Assembly: GCF_001194135.2 (NCBI RefSeq)
Contig: NC_068982.1
Span: 49,286,128-49,350,127 of the forward strand
Direction: 5' to 3'
Length of the DNA stretch: 64,000 nt
From: Octopus bimaculoides
Taxonomy: Eukaryota
Both the position numbers and the translations under genes were made by a program. The stretch's first letter is position 1. Every line of letters starts with the position of its first letter. Below are positions 1 through 13,276 of the stretch, in pieces. The notes under the pieces are model-generated. The model was given only the letters and a program-made list of their open reading frames with translations, made no database searches and had not been told where the DNA came from.

Positions 1-123
1 ATTTGAACTCAGAATGTAAAGACTGATGAAATACCGCAAAGCATTTCGCCCAGCATGCTAACGTTTTTGCCAGCTCGCTGCCACCATTAGCATGCTAATG
101 GTTCTGCCAGCTTGCTCACCTTA
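1..123 (-). mobile_element. SINE family A (tRNA-like head), cut by the window edge, plus a partial second head
   Basis: Reverse complement of the recurring head ggcgagctggcagaa..ttagca..gagttcaaat. Confidence 0.8.
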
Positions 124-129
124 TAAAGA

Positions 130-352
130 GGATTAATGTTTCAGATTTTAGCACAAGGCTAATAATTTCGGTAAGTGGATAAGTCAATTACATTGACTCT
201 GGTGTCCAACTGGTAACATATTTTATCAATCCTGGAAGAATGAAAGGAAAAGTCAACCTTGGCAGAATTTGAACTCAAAATGTAAAGATGGACAAAATGT
301 CGTTGTGCATTTCACCTACCATACTAAGAATTCTGCCAGCTTGTCACCTTAA
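130..352 (-). mobile_element. SINE family A
   Basis: Contains aaaggaaaagtcaaccttggcagaatttgaactc and ttctgccagct (reverse complement of the A/B-box-like head). Confidence 0.8.
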
Positions 353-444
353 AAAGGGTCAATAGTAAGAGCAAATAATGTCTTGTAAAGAATATTCAGG
401 CTATTGCCAGCTACTCGAATTTATCAATCAAAGTTATGTTGCTT

Positions 445-650
445 AAGACATCGAGCTGGTAGAATCATAGCATGCCAGGCAAACTGCTTAGTGACATTCT
501 GTTTGTCTTTACATTCTGAGTTCAAATTCTTCCATGGTCGACTTTACCATTCGGGGTCAATAAAATAAGTACCAGTCAAGCACTGAGGTTGATAATATCA
601 GCTTACCCACTCCCCCAAAATTGCTGTCCTTGTGCCAAAATTGGAAATCA
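445..650 (+). mobile_element. SINE family A
   Basis: gagctggtagaatc..ctgagttcaaattc..taaaataagtaccagt..cactgaggttgat. Confidence 0.8.
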
Positions 651-1976
651 AATGTTATGTGGCCTCACAGTCATATTTGTAAGGTTTGAAACCCTAACTA
701 TGTTCTTAAGGGTCTGATGCCTTAACCACACGACTGTTATACTCCATACTCCTCATCACTTTAATTTTGCCTTGACTGCTGGAACTCGAAAATCAGACTA
801 AAAATGAAAATTTAATTAAGATTATTATTTCACACATGAAATAAATATCTGTTGACATTCTGATGAAAGCCAAGTAAAATCTTATTTACTTTCAACAATA
901 CTTAATTTTTCGTAAAACTGAAAAAATTAATTATCCAAAGAAAAACCTGTCCAATTATAATTACATGTTAAAATTACCAAAATATGGTTTATTTTCTCTT
1001 ATTTGTACATAGATACATATAAACTTACAATAATGTTTCATTGTAATAACAATAATGAATTAAGTAGCTATAACATGATTCCAGAGATAATTCAAGCATG
1101 GATTGTTATTTCATAACCAACTGATTTATCTCTTAACATTCTTCAGATCTTTGCGAAACAGTTAATGCAGTGTTATGAGAACACAAACTAGCTGCATCAC
1201 TCCTCTTCTATGATTATTCATACAACACAGATTCAATGTTTCTTAAACTGTCTGTTATTTCCTTTGCTCCATTATCTACCCATTCAGCTACCTCATCCAT
1301 ATAAATTTCCCTAAATCAAGCCAACAACAAAGTCTTTTACATGTATGTTTGGACTTGCAAGAAATAACAGTCAAATAGTCTTTAATTCATCTCTTAATGT
1401 CCTGAATATGCTGCATTTGAAGTGAAGGCAAGATAGTCATAGCTTGACTGCCTTTAATCATAGATCAGCTCAAAGAAACCTGAGCTGGGATTAAACAACA
1501 TTTCTGGATCCATTTGCTTTTAGAGAATGGTGCTTTGCACCCCTGGTTAGCAGTAACAAAGGGACAAAAACCGGGCATGTGTGTAATTAAACATTTCATA
1601 CATTTTTTAGATTTTGAACACAACTTATGAACCCTCAAGTTTGCATTCCCATGGGAAGCTTAGTAAAATGTACATCAATGTAATCTTGAAGGTCCTTCTT
1701 TATAATCCATGTTTTGGTTTTATAAGGAAGAATGGTCTTTGCACATATCCTGGAGGAAGCCAGCTTTTCTGACTTACTAAACGATGTAAAGCTTGTTACA
1801 GACACTTCAGGCTCATGAATGTCAGGTAGGCTTTTTCAATGTCATCAACCTAGGACCATTTTCAGGACCACTCAGAATTTATTTTAGTGTTTACTCCCTA
1901 GCCCTTGTATCATAAGACAGTGAGAATATTTCCCTAATGCCTGGGATCTGTAACCTTGGTCAGTGGTTCATACAAG

Positions 1977-2118
1977 TAGTAGCATAGCTAGGGGAGGGGG
2001 AAGGAAAGGGGTGGTGCCTTTAAAGGGGCATCACTTTTAGGTCTGCTGTATAAGCCTGTATAGGAGGCAGTGGGAGACTCCAGGGCTGCCTTGGGTAGCA
2101 TACACTCTAACTACACTA
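1977..2118. mobile_element. Degenerate hAT-like MITE
   Basis: Termini tagtagcatagctagg / ctaactacactac resemble CAGTGGCGTAGCTAG-type TIRs; a related interior occurs near 10590-10712. Confidence 0.4.
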
Positions 2119-2537
2119 CAGCATACAAGGTACTGTCAAATAGAGCTCACAGTCACCATAACAAGAAATTTTACTAAATCTTTCCTGCCAACATACAGAC
2201 ATACATACAACAATTGCATGATGACTTAGATCAGATGTAATAAGATAGCTAGTTGCACCTAACTATAATGCAACCAGTAAATAGTGATTTGATGTTTTAA
2301 TAGACTTACAAATATCTAGTGCTGACGTTATAACACTCTTCACAAGTAAAACATTATTACTATTTCTGGGTCTGCAGTCATTTTTCCATCAACGTAGTTA
2401 TTAATATACTTTCATATATTTGATTAAAATGATGTTTTACATAATATGAAATATTATTAAATAATATGGGTGGCGGGTGGGAAAGTAAAAAGTAAACAAC
2501 AGACAAAATGCTTTGTATTATTTAGATGTCTTAAAGC

Positions 2538-2830
2538 AATAAGTTGGCAGAATTGTTAGCATGTCTTTATGTTTTGAGTTCAAATTCTGCCAAGGTCAAA
2601 GTTGCATTTCATACCTTTGGGATCGATAAAATAAGTACCAGTTGAGCACTGGGGTCAATGTAATTGACTTACTCCTCACCCCCAAATTACTAACCTTGGA
2701 CCAAAATTTGAAACTGATATTTAAGGCAGCAAACTAACAGAATTGTTACCACATTGGACAAAATGCTTAGTGGCATTTCTTCCAACATTACATTCCGAGT
2801 CAAATGTCACCAGGGTCAACTTTCCTTTTT
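2538..2830 (+). mobile_element. Two tandem SINE family A copies (second partial)
   Basis: Head motifs at about 2540 and 2730. Confidence 0.75.
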
Positions 2831-3195
2831 GTCCTTTGTTAGAAAATTATAAATTATAATGTTAATAGGTAAAAAGCTTTTCATGCTACACTGTAAGGTC
2901 AGAATGAAGTCCATTGTCAAAATGGGGGAAGCTAGGTGCTATTAGCTAAAACTGTGAAACTATAACAAATTGGCTAGACCTTGGCAAACCTTTATAAGCA
3001 GAGATAATTGTACCCCCAGTTTTTTGTGACAGTTTTTTCTGTGAGACAAAGTTGTTCAATTGGATTCTGGAAACTATTATTGCCTGTTTAGTTTATGCCC
3101 TGTGTGCTTTATGTTAGGCATTTAGGGATTTATTTTATGCTCCAGGAATTTGTCAGAACTTTTGTCAGATTTAAAATAATTTCCGTGTCACATCT

Positions 3196-3411
3196 GGATC
3201 CAAGGTTTGACATCCAAGGTTTGAAATCCACTGTTCAAAATCCAAGGTTCGAAAACCGAATTTGTACTAAAAGGAAAATCCAGATTTTATGAAATCCACA
3301 TTATTGGAATCCATATTTTTGAAAAACCAAATTTGTGAGGCCAGGTTTTGTGTGAGGCCAATTTTGGTGAAACCAAAAACTGGGAATCTGAATCCAAATT
3401 TCTGAACTGTA
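3196..3411. repeat. Array of degenerate 14-16 bp units (ATCCAAGGTTTGAA-like) ending in a TACAG-type terminus
   Basis: atccaaggtttgac/atccaaggtttgaa/atccactgttcaaa/atccaaggttcgaaa...; ends ctgaactgta. Confidence 0.55.
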
Positions 3412-3564
3412 TATATATGTTACCTTTGTAAATATTTTGACTGCACATCTGGTGTGGCATTGGTTTTTTGTTCGTGTATATATTTGTTTTCGTATGTAGG
3501 TTGTTTATTTTATGATGACAATTGTTAATAATATTTTTTAAAAACTTCATGGTGTGTTGTTGTT

Positions 3565-4790
3565 TTGGGTTCACCCTATCCTCATTGATTCTGTAAATTT
3601 GGGTTATGGCCACCAGGTCGTAACACCTTTCAGAGTTGATAAAATACCAATTGAATACTGGGGTCAATGTAATCAACTTATATTCTTCTCTGAAATTGCT
3701 GACCTTATGCCAAAATGTGAAACCATTATTTGGATGTTTTAAGGTAAGTATTAGTCAAATACTGAGGTCTATGAAATTGACTATCCTGCTACCACAAAAC
3801 TTTAGGCATTGTGTCTATAGTAGAAAGAAATATTTAGATGTCTTTCAACTTTTGATAATCCAGGTTCAAATCCTATGATTGTCAACTCAACCTTTTATGA
3901 TGGCATCAACTAATCCATTACCCTTCAAAATTGATGGCCTTATATAATTTTATCAGTAACCATTATTTATATATATCGTCCAACTCCTTTATGATCCAAG
4001 TTTAAATCCTACAAAGATCAATTTCGTCTTTCGTCCCAGAACTGGGATAGGTTTAATTCATTAGGCCCTTCCCCACTTAGTCAAGGCCTTGTGTCTACAT
4101 TAGAAATAAGGGTACAGGATTAGTAGACTAAAGGGAATATCAGACAAAATACCTTGTGGTATTTGTTCTGGATCTTTGTTTTGAATTCAAATCCCACTGA
4201 AGTTAGCTTTGCTTCCATCCTTCCAAGGGTTAATAAAATAAAGTACCAGTCAAGTACTGAAGTCAATATAATCAACTAACCCCATCCCTCAAATTTCTGG
4301 CTTTGAATTTTATGTTAGAAACAATCATTTAAATACAGCCATCACAGCGTAAAGTAGCCAACTGGCATTGTTATAAGAAGATCAGACAAAATGTGTAATA
4401 ATATTTGTTCCAGTTATCTGCATTCTGAGTTCAAATCCCACTGAGGTCAGCTCCATCTTTCATTTTTTTAAAGTCAATAAAGTACAAGCTGAAATATTGG
4501 TTTAGCTCTGTCATTTTGGTTGCTACCCTTTTACTATGTTCAATTGCAACAAGGGCTGGAGTGCTGAATGAGTGTATGTCTGGTTGCAATTACATGGGGA
4601 ACTAAAACAGCAAAAGCATGGTACATGCTACTAAGTCATCCTCAGATCAAGTAACTGCTGTATTAGTTTTATACCTGAGTTCAAATTCCACTCAAGCCAT
4701 ATTTACTTTATATCCTTCTAGGGACAAGAAATGATAAAATAAGTACCAGCTATGTGTTAGGGACATTTCAATCAACTATCTTCCTACTTT
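3565..4790 (+). mobile_element. Cluster of about 6 degenerate same-strand SINE family A copies
   Basis: Repeated (g/t)tcaaatcc B-box-like and ataaaataagtaccag motifs. Confidence 0.65.
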
Positions 4791-4797
4791 ACATGTT

Positions 4798-4996
4798 TAC
4801 CATATTTTCCAGTATTCAAGTTGATGTATATATAATTTCATGGAGATTTTGGTCTTCAAAACCGTTTTGGGGTATAAGTTAAGCTGCCATTTTTTTCTTT
4901 CTGTTTCTCTTTTCTTTTCTTTAGCTGTAAATTTTGGTTTGAAAAGTTTGGCTTGTACACCGAAAAATTTGGCTTATATACTGGAAAAATACAGTA
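4798..4996. mobile_element. Tc1/mariner-pogo-type MITE with TA flanks
   Basis: Left taccatattttccagtattcaag matches the reverse complement of the right end (tactgtatttttccagtatataag). Confidence 0.6.
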
Positions 4997-7900
4997 ATTT
5001 TGTGATAATGAAGAATTCATTATTTTTTCTCCAATAGAAATGTTTGCTTAAAAAATTAATATTAATAGTATTTATTGAATTTTGCATTCATTTCCAAAGA
5101 ATAAAACCCCATAAATATTTGAAATTATTTCCATTAACAATGTATGCCCTCACCAATCAACTATGAAATGAGAGAGGTAATCTATTTTCAACAAAGTTTA
5201 TTGAAGCAAAAAGAGGTAGAAACCTTATTTACGAGCACATGGCAGCACTAAAACCAATTTTTAAAGATCATCATCAGTGATCCATCATTTATTGCATGAT
5301 TTGATTATTTCTTGTTTTTCCCTCATTGAATTCAACAGTACCCGTTACTTTTAATTATTCTTCAACCATATTATATTAATACATCCAGCTAACCAGGGTG
5401 TCTTGATTTGCTAGAAAGGCCAATCAGATATCCCTTGTATCATATCGTGGTGCCATCTTAACTATTTTGAAACCAATTCACTTGTGACTGCTTTTGGTTC
5501 CAATACAAACTTGCGTTTTTTAAAGTGTTTTAAATTAAAACCTTCTATAAATATTTCATGATAATTTATGCACCAAACACTATCTTATTAAGGTGAAAGG
5601 TTATTTTAGTAAATTATTCTTTATTTTCAAAATTTATTGAAACAAAAGCAGAGTATTTCAATAGAAATATGGTAACAAAAAGATGAAAAATGAAAAAGGA
5701 ATTTCGAATTGAATTAGAAAAAGAAGGGATGGTCTTAAATGGAAACACTTTTGAATGTAGGTTGACTTGATCAAGACTGACAGGGGCTAAATGAAGACAA
5801 CAACAACAACAGTCAGACAAACCTGATTCTCAGTATTAATGGTTTCTGTTTGATTTCATAAAAAGGCCATGTATTTTAATAGAGCAATGGAGAGGTGAAA
5901 TAAGGTATTGTGTAGTCCATACCATTCTCAAGGGTATTAGCAGCATGGAATCATGCTTAGCTAATGCAAATACCTTCCTACCTTTTGCCATCCCTAATGT
6001 GTATCAATTCCAGCTGCTCCCAGCCAACAGAAATCCATCAGTCACAGGCAGCCTGAGGAACATTTTGCATGGCATGTCAAACAAAATTTACCTTGAAGTT
6101 TTTTTAGTAATGCAGCCTGCCTGATTATGAGACCTATCTCATGTAGCCCACTTTTTTTCAAAAATGGTTCACCATGTCCATCTTCTGGAGTTCCTTCCTC
6201 ATCCACATCTTCCTTATTGGCATCAATATACAGAAGTGTAATTTAAGTGTGAACCACAACAATCCCTAACACTCCTCTATGCCTATCAAATACTGTAGGC
6301 ATCTCTTTTTCTCTAAGGGTTAACTAAGAAAAACACAAGAGGGAAATAGCATTGTTAGTTTTGTCTCAAATCACCAGAATATCACCTCAACTCAGCTATA
6401 ATCAGATCAGAATCTTGCTATGTTCTCATTAAATAATATTGATTATTTTTGTGACTAAAGTATAATTTTTTTTTATTTCAAAGATGAGGCACAGTTGATT
6501 GCAACATTGATTTCTTTTTCTTTTTAGTAAATTGATTTTTTTTTTTTTTTTTTTTTTTTGGTTTTAGTTGAACCATTATTATAAATGCTTGGATTCATTG
6601 TAATCTTAACCTCATCTATTGCATTTCATATCTTTTCTATATATCATTTACAGCTCTGCGATATCATCTAAATGCCTTTATTTCAATGCTTTTATCCAAT
6701 TAGATTTATATTATCCAGTCAACTTTTCTATACCTTTAAAAAAACAAAGACAACAAAACTGTTGTCACAAACTTGCAAATCTGACTGGTTGTAGTCCAAG
6801 CTTTTATCCATTTACTAATTGTTCTAGATGCTTATGTAGTTGTGAGCAGAAATGGATGCCCTCTTGAATGAAGACTTGTGGCCTGGGATATGAGTGTTGA
6901 GCTCAAAATCATGAGGTTGTAGATTCAATTCTGGATGCAGCCAACTTGGTTTGGCTATCCTACAAATAAAAAAGACCCTTTAAAAATGTATAGCGTTAAA
7001 AAACCTGCTATACTTCAGAGCTAGGAGAAGCAAAATCACCCTAGATGAAAGTGGTAAGCACGTATTTAGATGTAATTGCTATTCTCATGTTGACTTCCAG
7101 GGCAATTTAATCTCACACAGTTCTTAATATATATTGTTTTTCAACACTATAACATCTTTAAAGTCATTTTCCCTGGATGATAAATCACAGTTCTTGACAT
7201 TTGAATAACTCATATACATTAAATATATGATATTGATAATGTTTACATTATAAATCTTCTTCGATTACATGTTTTGATTTTATTCTACTTGTGCAGTATC
7301 AATGCAAATTAGCAAATAGTTTTTACACTATTTGTATATGCTTCAGGCTAGAGATTTCAATTTCGTTTCAGAAATTACTAAAATGTGCAGTATTTATAAG
7401 CTGCAATTACAGCAAAATGTACATCAACCATTCTTGTGTTCACTCCTGGGGCAATTTCATTTTGCTAAGCTCTGAAGTATATTGTGTTTTTAATACTATA
7501 ATGTCTTTAAAGGGATTTTCCTCGGATGATAAACTGCAGCTCCTGGCATTTAAACAACACATGTATATTAAACATGTAGCATTGGTAATGTAAACATTAC
7601 ATATTATTTCTACTGCCCTTCACTTTTCTGTCCTTGTGTCCAAATAAATTTCACTAAATTTAATTTCTTGCCTACAGGAGATTTCCTGTGTTTGAGTTAT
7701 GGGAAAACCTTTACAAAATTAGCCAAGTTAACAAGGTTTATACAGGTATATACTTGATTAATTTAAATGATTGAGTTGTGTTGCTATGGAGCGTAATCAT
7801 CATTCAGTGAGCTGTTGTGAGCTGTTGTAGACCTTAGACATTTTCCCAGTTTGGGATTTATAAACTGCAAAGCACTATCCTACAGCAGATACTTTCAAAG

Positions 7901-10104
7901 TAATTATTTCAATTTCTTCCGTCTTATTACTGGAGTAATAAGATGGAAGAAACTGCCATGCAATATGAAAGCTGCTTAATAACCACATACCATTTGTGTT
8001 TGACTAAACCTTCCCAAACCCTACACCATACAGTTGACCAGCTAAGAGCTGAACCTCTCAGATCCATGAAGATATAGTTACAGCAAAAATAGTAGCAGAG
8101 AGTAAGACATCCAATTAAATGGGTGGCAATGGTCCAGCTGGCACAAAGGAATGAGTCACTCTTTAGCATATACATTGGCAATGTCAGGCCCCAAAATTAT
8201 ACGTCTACAATGCCATTCTTAAAATATGTAATCACATCATTAAAATCCCAAAACTATGAGTTAATGCAGAATTAATTTAAAACAATGTAAATAAATAAGT
8301 GTTACATTTGACAAAATAATATGAATGTTAAATGGTGAAGTGACTAAGATTAAAACTAAGAAAAAAAAAATTGTGATAAAAGCTAACTTTACTATTTACT
8401 TACTATGAAGTTGGTAGATATCCCTTGGTTACATCTCAGTGGATTTATGCTATGTTGTCATATCATTGTATGTACAACCATTTTCTGCAGATGCATATAT
8501 TTCTTTCTCTCCAACAATCTGGCAAACACATAAATATCTATAGTTTGAAGAGGTGTTGTAAAACTAAACTATGCCTCAAATTATCACTGTGTTTGCCAAA
8601 AGTCAAACAATTCTTCCTCCTTAATATCTTGTCTGTTTCTAATTTTAATTAAGTCACTCTTGCCTCTTAGTTTATTTAAACACTGTTTACAAATGTTTAC
8701 TTCACATCAGTAGAGGTATAATCTTGATTAATTAAGATTATTATAAATCAGTAACCCAGAAAGGCTCTGGAACCAAAGGTTCTGGAGAATCGAAGTTGTA
8801 CCTGTATTTCAAAGGAGGAGGTGTGATTTTTAGTCAGCTGACAGTAAAAGTGATGCAATACTGGTAATAGATTTACAGATTACTAATTCCTAATATCTTC
8901 ATTTTTATGTATTTCTATTCAGGGATGTTCAGTCACTCTCTTTTTATTTGAGAAATGTGCATTTTTGTTGTGTTCTTAGAGTTGAGCTCAATTTAGAAAC
9001 ACTGTTTATCTTCCTATTATCAAGGCTGACTGGGTTTTTAGTTTAGTAACTGTTCTTCTGTAGACAGGTAACCTTTTAAAAGTTATTCACACTCTCCATC
9101 ATGACTCAAAACATTTTTTTGTCAAGTATGAATTAAATAAGTACTATATTGTTTACTAACATTTTGTTTTTAACTGCTTATTCCCTTTCATTAGATTAAC
9201 ATTTAGAAGCTTCTATATAAAGTAATATATGACAGTTAACATATTTTGACATCAGAATTTTACTTGTGTAAGACTGAAGTGGATTATCAGAACTACAATT
9301 TTTAAAGAACCTTCTCTTTTGTTGAATATAAAAATTATCAGAAAATATCTCTGAATATCTTGAAACATTTTGTAGTTGATAGAATTTTTAATCAAATTTT
9401 TGTTATGTTTATGCACACACATGCATACACATTTATGTGTAGATGGTTATTATTCAATATGTATGCATGCTTGAATGTACACACACACACAGATATATAT
9501 ACATGTGTTTAATTTTCTATCCAAACATGTGAAGTGTCATAATTTCTATCCTTTAGGGTTTCATTTTATCTTCTGAGAATAATTTCTGAAATATTCGTTC
9601 ATGTTTTTTAGTCAGAGAAGTACTTGATAAAATATTTATCTTTCTACATATGTGTGTATATGTTTATGTGTCTTTATATGCTTATGTGTATGTGGCATAT
9701 ATATTCATGTTTACTTGTGTGCAAGCGCCTGCATTTTCATAACATGTAGGTTTGAATTCATTGTTGGGGTGGTGAGAGAGAAAAATTAAGATTTTATAAT
9801 GTCAGTAAGAATTTAATTTTTCTATTTTTCAAAAAAAAAAAAAGACAGTTCATTTTATAAATCTATGAACGCAATATTTTTCTGAAATGCCATCAGCATT
9901 TTAAATTAGGGAAGAAACTGAAATATAAGAGTTGGAAGTAAAATAGGTATGTATTAAAAAAATTTTCAAGAAAGAAATATTAGTACAAGACATTTAGAAT
10001 TTAGTCTATGAATTATTAGTGCTTAAGATTAAACAAATATTGTGAATGTTTCAGTTTCACAATAGAGAGAGACTTTCTGTTTCATGATATAATTTCAAGA
10101 TGGT

Positions 10105-10250
10105 GGATTGGCAGAAATATTAGAGTACAAAATGTTTGCAATGCTTGTTCTGTCTCTTTATGTCCTTGAGTCAAATCTTGCTGACAGCTGATGTCAACTC
10201 TTTTTTTAATTTTTCATCCCTACGGACTCATTGAGTTAAAGTAGCAGCCA
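10105..10250 (+). mobile_element. Degenerate SINE family A
   Basis: ttggcagaaatattagag..gagtcaaatc. Confidence 0.5.
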
Positions 10251-10253
10251 GTT

Positions 10254-10413
10254 CAGGGCCTGGGATTGGTGGAAAATTGTGATTGTGATATTTTTTAAGT
10301 TCTGAAATTGCCTGTGACTAAACTTGTACCAAGTTGCATTGGCCTTTGTTGCCTTCTTGAACAGCCTGAATGATGTTAGCTTGTTGCATGAGCAAATGAG
10401 CAATTGCAGGCCT
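10254..10413. mobile_element. Possible hAT-like MITE
   Basis: Imperfect TIRs cagggcctgggattg / caattgcaggcct. Confidence 0.3.
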
Positions 10414-10919
10414 TACGGGCACACACACACACATGCAAATTTGGCTTGGTCTACACCTTAGAGAAGAATTTTTTAGATGCAGTTACAGATCAACTCTGAG
10501 AGCAAGAACCTGAAATATGTAGTTTTAAGAATAGACAGCATGAGTATTGCTGTGAGTAGCACAGACTGTAGGAGGCAAGGAGGTGGTTTGCCCTAGGATG
10601 ACACCTTTATGGAGGGTGGCACTTTTGGGGTTTGCTATATACGTTTGGGATTGAAGGGTTGATGGCAAATTTAGGGTTTGCGCTGGTAGGCACACACTCT
10701 GCCTATGCCACTAGTTGTTGTTGCTTGGTTCCAAGTTCAGACATGCACAGGTTTATCTTTTATTTCTGTTTCTTAAGCTTTAATCAGAGATATTTCAGAA
10801 ATGACTATTCCATCTTTGATTCAGGCAAGGAGTATCTTACCTGTTGCTGTATGTTGTGGAGGTCATTTTGCCAATTAAAACATGACCTACTCAAGATGTA
10901 ACAACATCTGTTTCAGCAT

Positions 10920-11090
10920 GCAATTTCACTGTGGTAAGGAGCTTGTTCCCAACCACATGGTTCCAAGTTCAGTTTCACTGCGTGACAGCTTGAGCAAGTG
11001 TCTTCTACAATAACCTCAGGCTGACCAAAGCCTTGTGAGTGGATTTGGTAGATGGAAACTGAAAGAAGTCCATTGTGCATGTGTGAGTAT
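10920..11090 (+). mobile_element. SINE family B head module
   Basis: gtggtaaggagcttg..aaccacatggtt..ccaaagccttgtgagtggatttggtagatggaaactgaaagaag, followed by (TA)n and a gap. Confidence 0.85.
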
Positions 11091-11715
11091 ATATATATAT
11101 ATATATATATNNNNNNNNNNNNNNNNNNNNNNNNNNNNNNNNNNNNNNNNNNNNNNNNNNNNNNNNNNNNNNNNNNNNNNNNNNNNNNNNNNNNNNNNNN
11201 NNNNNNNNNNNNNNNNNNNNNNNNNNNNNNNNNNNNNNNNNNNNNNNNNNNNNNNNNNNNNNNNNNNNNNNNNNNNNNNNNNNNNNNNNNNNNNNNNNNN
11301 NNNNNNNNNNNNNNNNNNNNNNNNNNNNNNNNNNNNNNNNNNNNNNNNNNNNNNNNNNNNNNNNNNNNNNNNNNNNNNNNNNNNNNNNNNNNNNNNNNNN
11401 NNNNNNNNNNNNNNNNNNNNNNNNNNNNNNNNNNNNNNNNNNNNNNNNNNNNNNNNNNNNNNNNNNNNNNNNNNNNNNNNNNNNNNNNNNNNNNNNNNNN
11501 NNNNNNNNNNNNNNNNNNNNNNNNNNNNNNNNNNNNNNNNNNNNNNNNNNNNNNNNNNNNNNNNNNNNNNNNNNNNNNNNNNNNNNNNNNNNNNNNNNNN
11601 NNNNNNNNNNNNNNNNNNNNNNNNNNNNNNNNNNNNNNNNNNNNNNNNNNNNNNNNNNNNNNNNNNNNNNNNNNNNNNNNNNNNNNNNNNNNNNNNNNNN
11701 NNNNNNNNNNNNNNN

Positions 11716-13100
11716 GTGTGATTTCCTAGCAGTGTGTGCGTGTGTGTATGTGTATATATATGTGTGTGTACGTGTGTGTGTGTGTGCATGTGCGTGTATA
11801 TGCGTAGTATGTGTTCGTGTATGTGTTACTGTTTGTTGTGTGTGTATGTGAGTTATGTGTGGGATCATTTGCGTGTGTCCATGTATGTGCACCTGGGTGT
11901 GTGTGTGTGTAGGAGTTATGTGTAGGTTCATTTGCATGTGTGTGTAAGTGAGTTCGTTTCTACATGTGTGTGTATGTGTCTTGTGTGTGTGCATGTGTAT
12001 GTGTGTGTGCGTGTGTGTATGCATGTATACTTAGGTGTGTGAGTGCGTGTTGTTTATGTGTAGGAGTTATGTGTGCGTTCATTTGCATGTGTGTGTATGT
12101 GGGTTCGTTTGTGCCGGTGTGTGTATATGTCTTTTGTGTGTGTGCGTGTGTGGAGGGGGGTGCGTGTGTGTGGGTGTATGTGGATGTGCGTGCGTGTGTC
12201 TGTGTGTGGTTGTAGGTGTTGGGTACGTGTTCGTGTGTGTGTGTGTCTGTATATATGTGTGTGTGTATTTTGTGCGTGCGCGTGTGTGTATGTGCATGCT
12301 TTTGTGCGTGCGTGTGTGTTTGTATGTTGTGTATATGTGCGTTACTGTGTACGTGTGTGTGTGCGTGCGTTTGCTTCTGTACGTGCGTGCATGTGTTGTT
12401 TATACCCATGTGTGTGTGATTGTATGCGTGTCTGTGTGAGTGTGTTGTGTTTGTGAGAGGCGTGTGTGCGTGTGTGTGCGAGTATGTGTGCGTGTGCGTG
12501 TGTATGTGCGTGTGTGTGTGTATGGATGTGCGTACGCGTGTGTGTGTGGGATTGACATGTGTGTGGGATTGTGAGTGTTAGGTACGTGTGCGTGTGTGTG
12601 TGTGTGCGCGTGTGTGTCTGTATGTGTGTGTCTGTATGCGTGTGTGTGTATATTGTGTATGTTTTCGTGCGTGCGTGTTTCATTTATGCCCCTTGTGTGT
12701 GTAGTTGTATGCGTATTTGTGTGAGTGTGTGTTGTGTATGTGAGAGGTGTGTGTGCGTGCGCGTGCGTGTGTGCATGTGTGTATGTGTGTACGTGTGTGT
12801 ATGTATATGTGTGTGTGCGTGCGTATGTGTGTGAGCGTAAAGATGTGTGGCAAGTATGTGTGTGTGCACTCCTCTGTGTGTGTGTGTGTGTGTGTGTGTG
12901 CACTCCTATGTGTGTGTGTGTGTATATGTATGTGGCTGTGTATGTATGTATATGCAGGTATGCGCGTATATATGGGTGTGTGTGTGTGTGGTGTGTGTNN
13001 NNNNNNNNNNNNNNNNNNNNNNNNNNNNNNNNNNNNNNGGGGGGGGGGTAGGTGTGCATACATGTGTGTGTATGGGTGTGTGTATTTTTGTGTGTCGGTA
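11716..13100. repeat. Compound degenerate (GT)n/(GTAT)n/(GTGC)n field
   Basis: Direct inspection; includes the gap at 12999-13038. Confidence 0.95.
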
Positions 13101-13276
13101 TGTGTGGGTGTAGGAAGAGATGAAATAAATTATGAAAAATTGTAATAATTGTAATAAAATAGTGAATAATGGAAATAAGGTGAAGTGGGTAAGCGGGGAG
13201 GGGTTAATATTAAAAAACAAGTGGAGAAAACAAAGAAAAAATAAAGAAAAGTGTTGCATTGTCATAAAGGAGACAG

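Noticed and set aside
6092-6230. Minus-strand exon-like frame IDANKEDVDEEGTPEDGHGEPF.. with a CAAG|GTAAAT donor
   Set aside because: Weak acceptor and an in-frame stop just upstream; flanking translation (GWEQL) suggests an RTE remnant
7927-8181. 84-aa hydrophobic minus-strand ORF
   Set aside because: No recognisable domain or splice context; length is compatible with chance
11005-13145. Long His/Thr- and Val/Cys-rich ORFs, and similar ones at 15090-15459, 25695-26846 and 43203-43435
   Set aside because: Translations of (CA)n/(TG)n microsatellites
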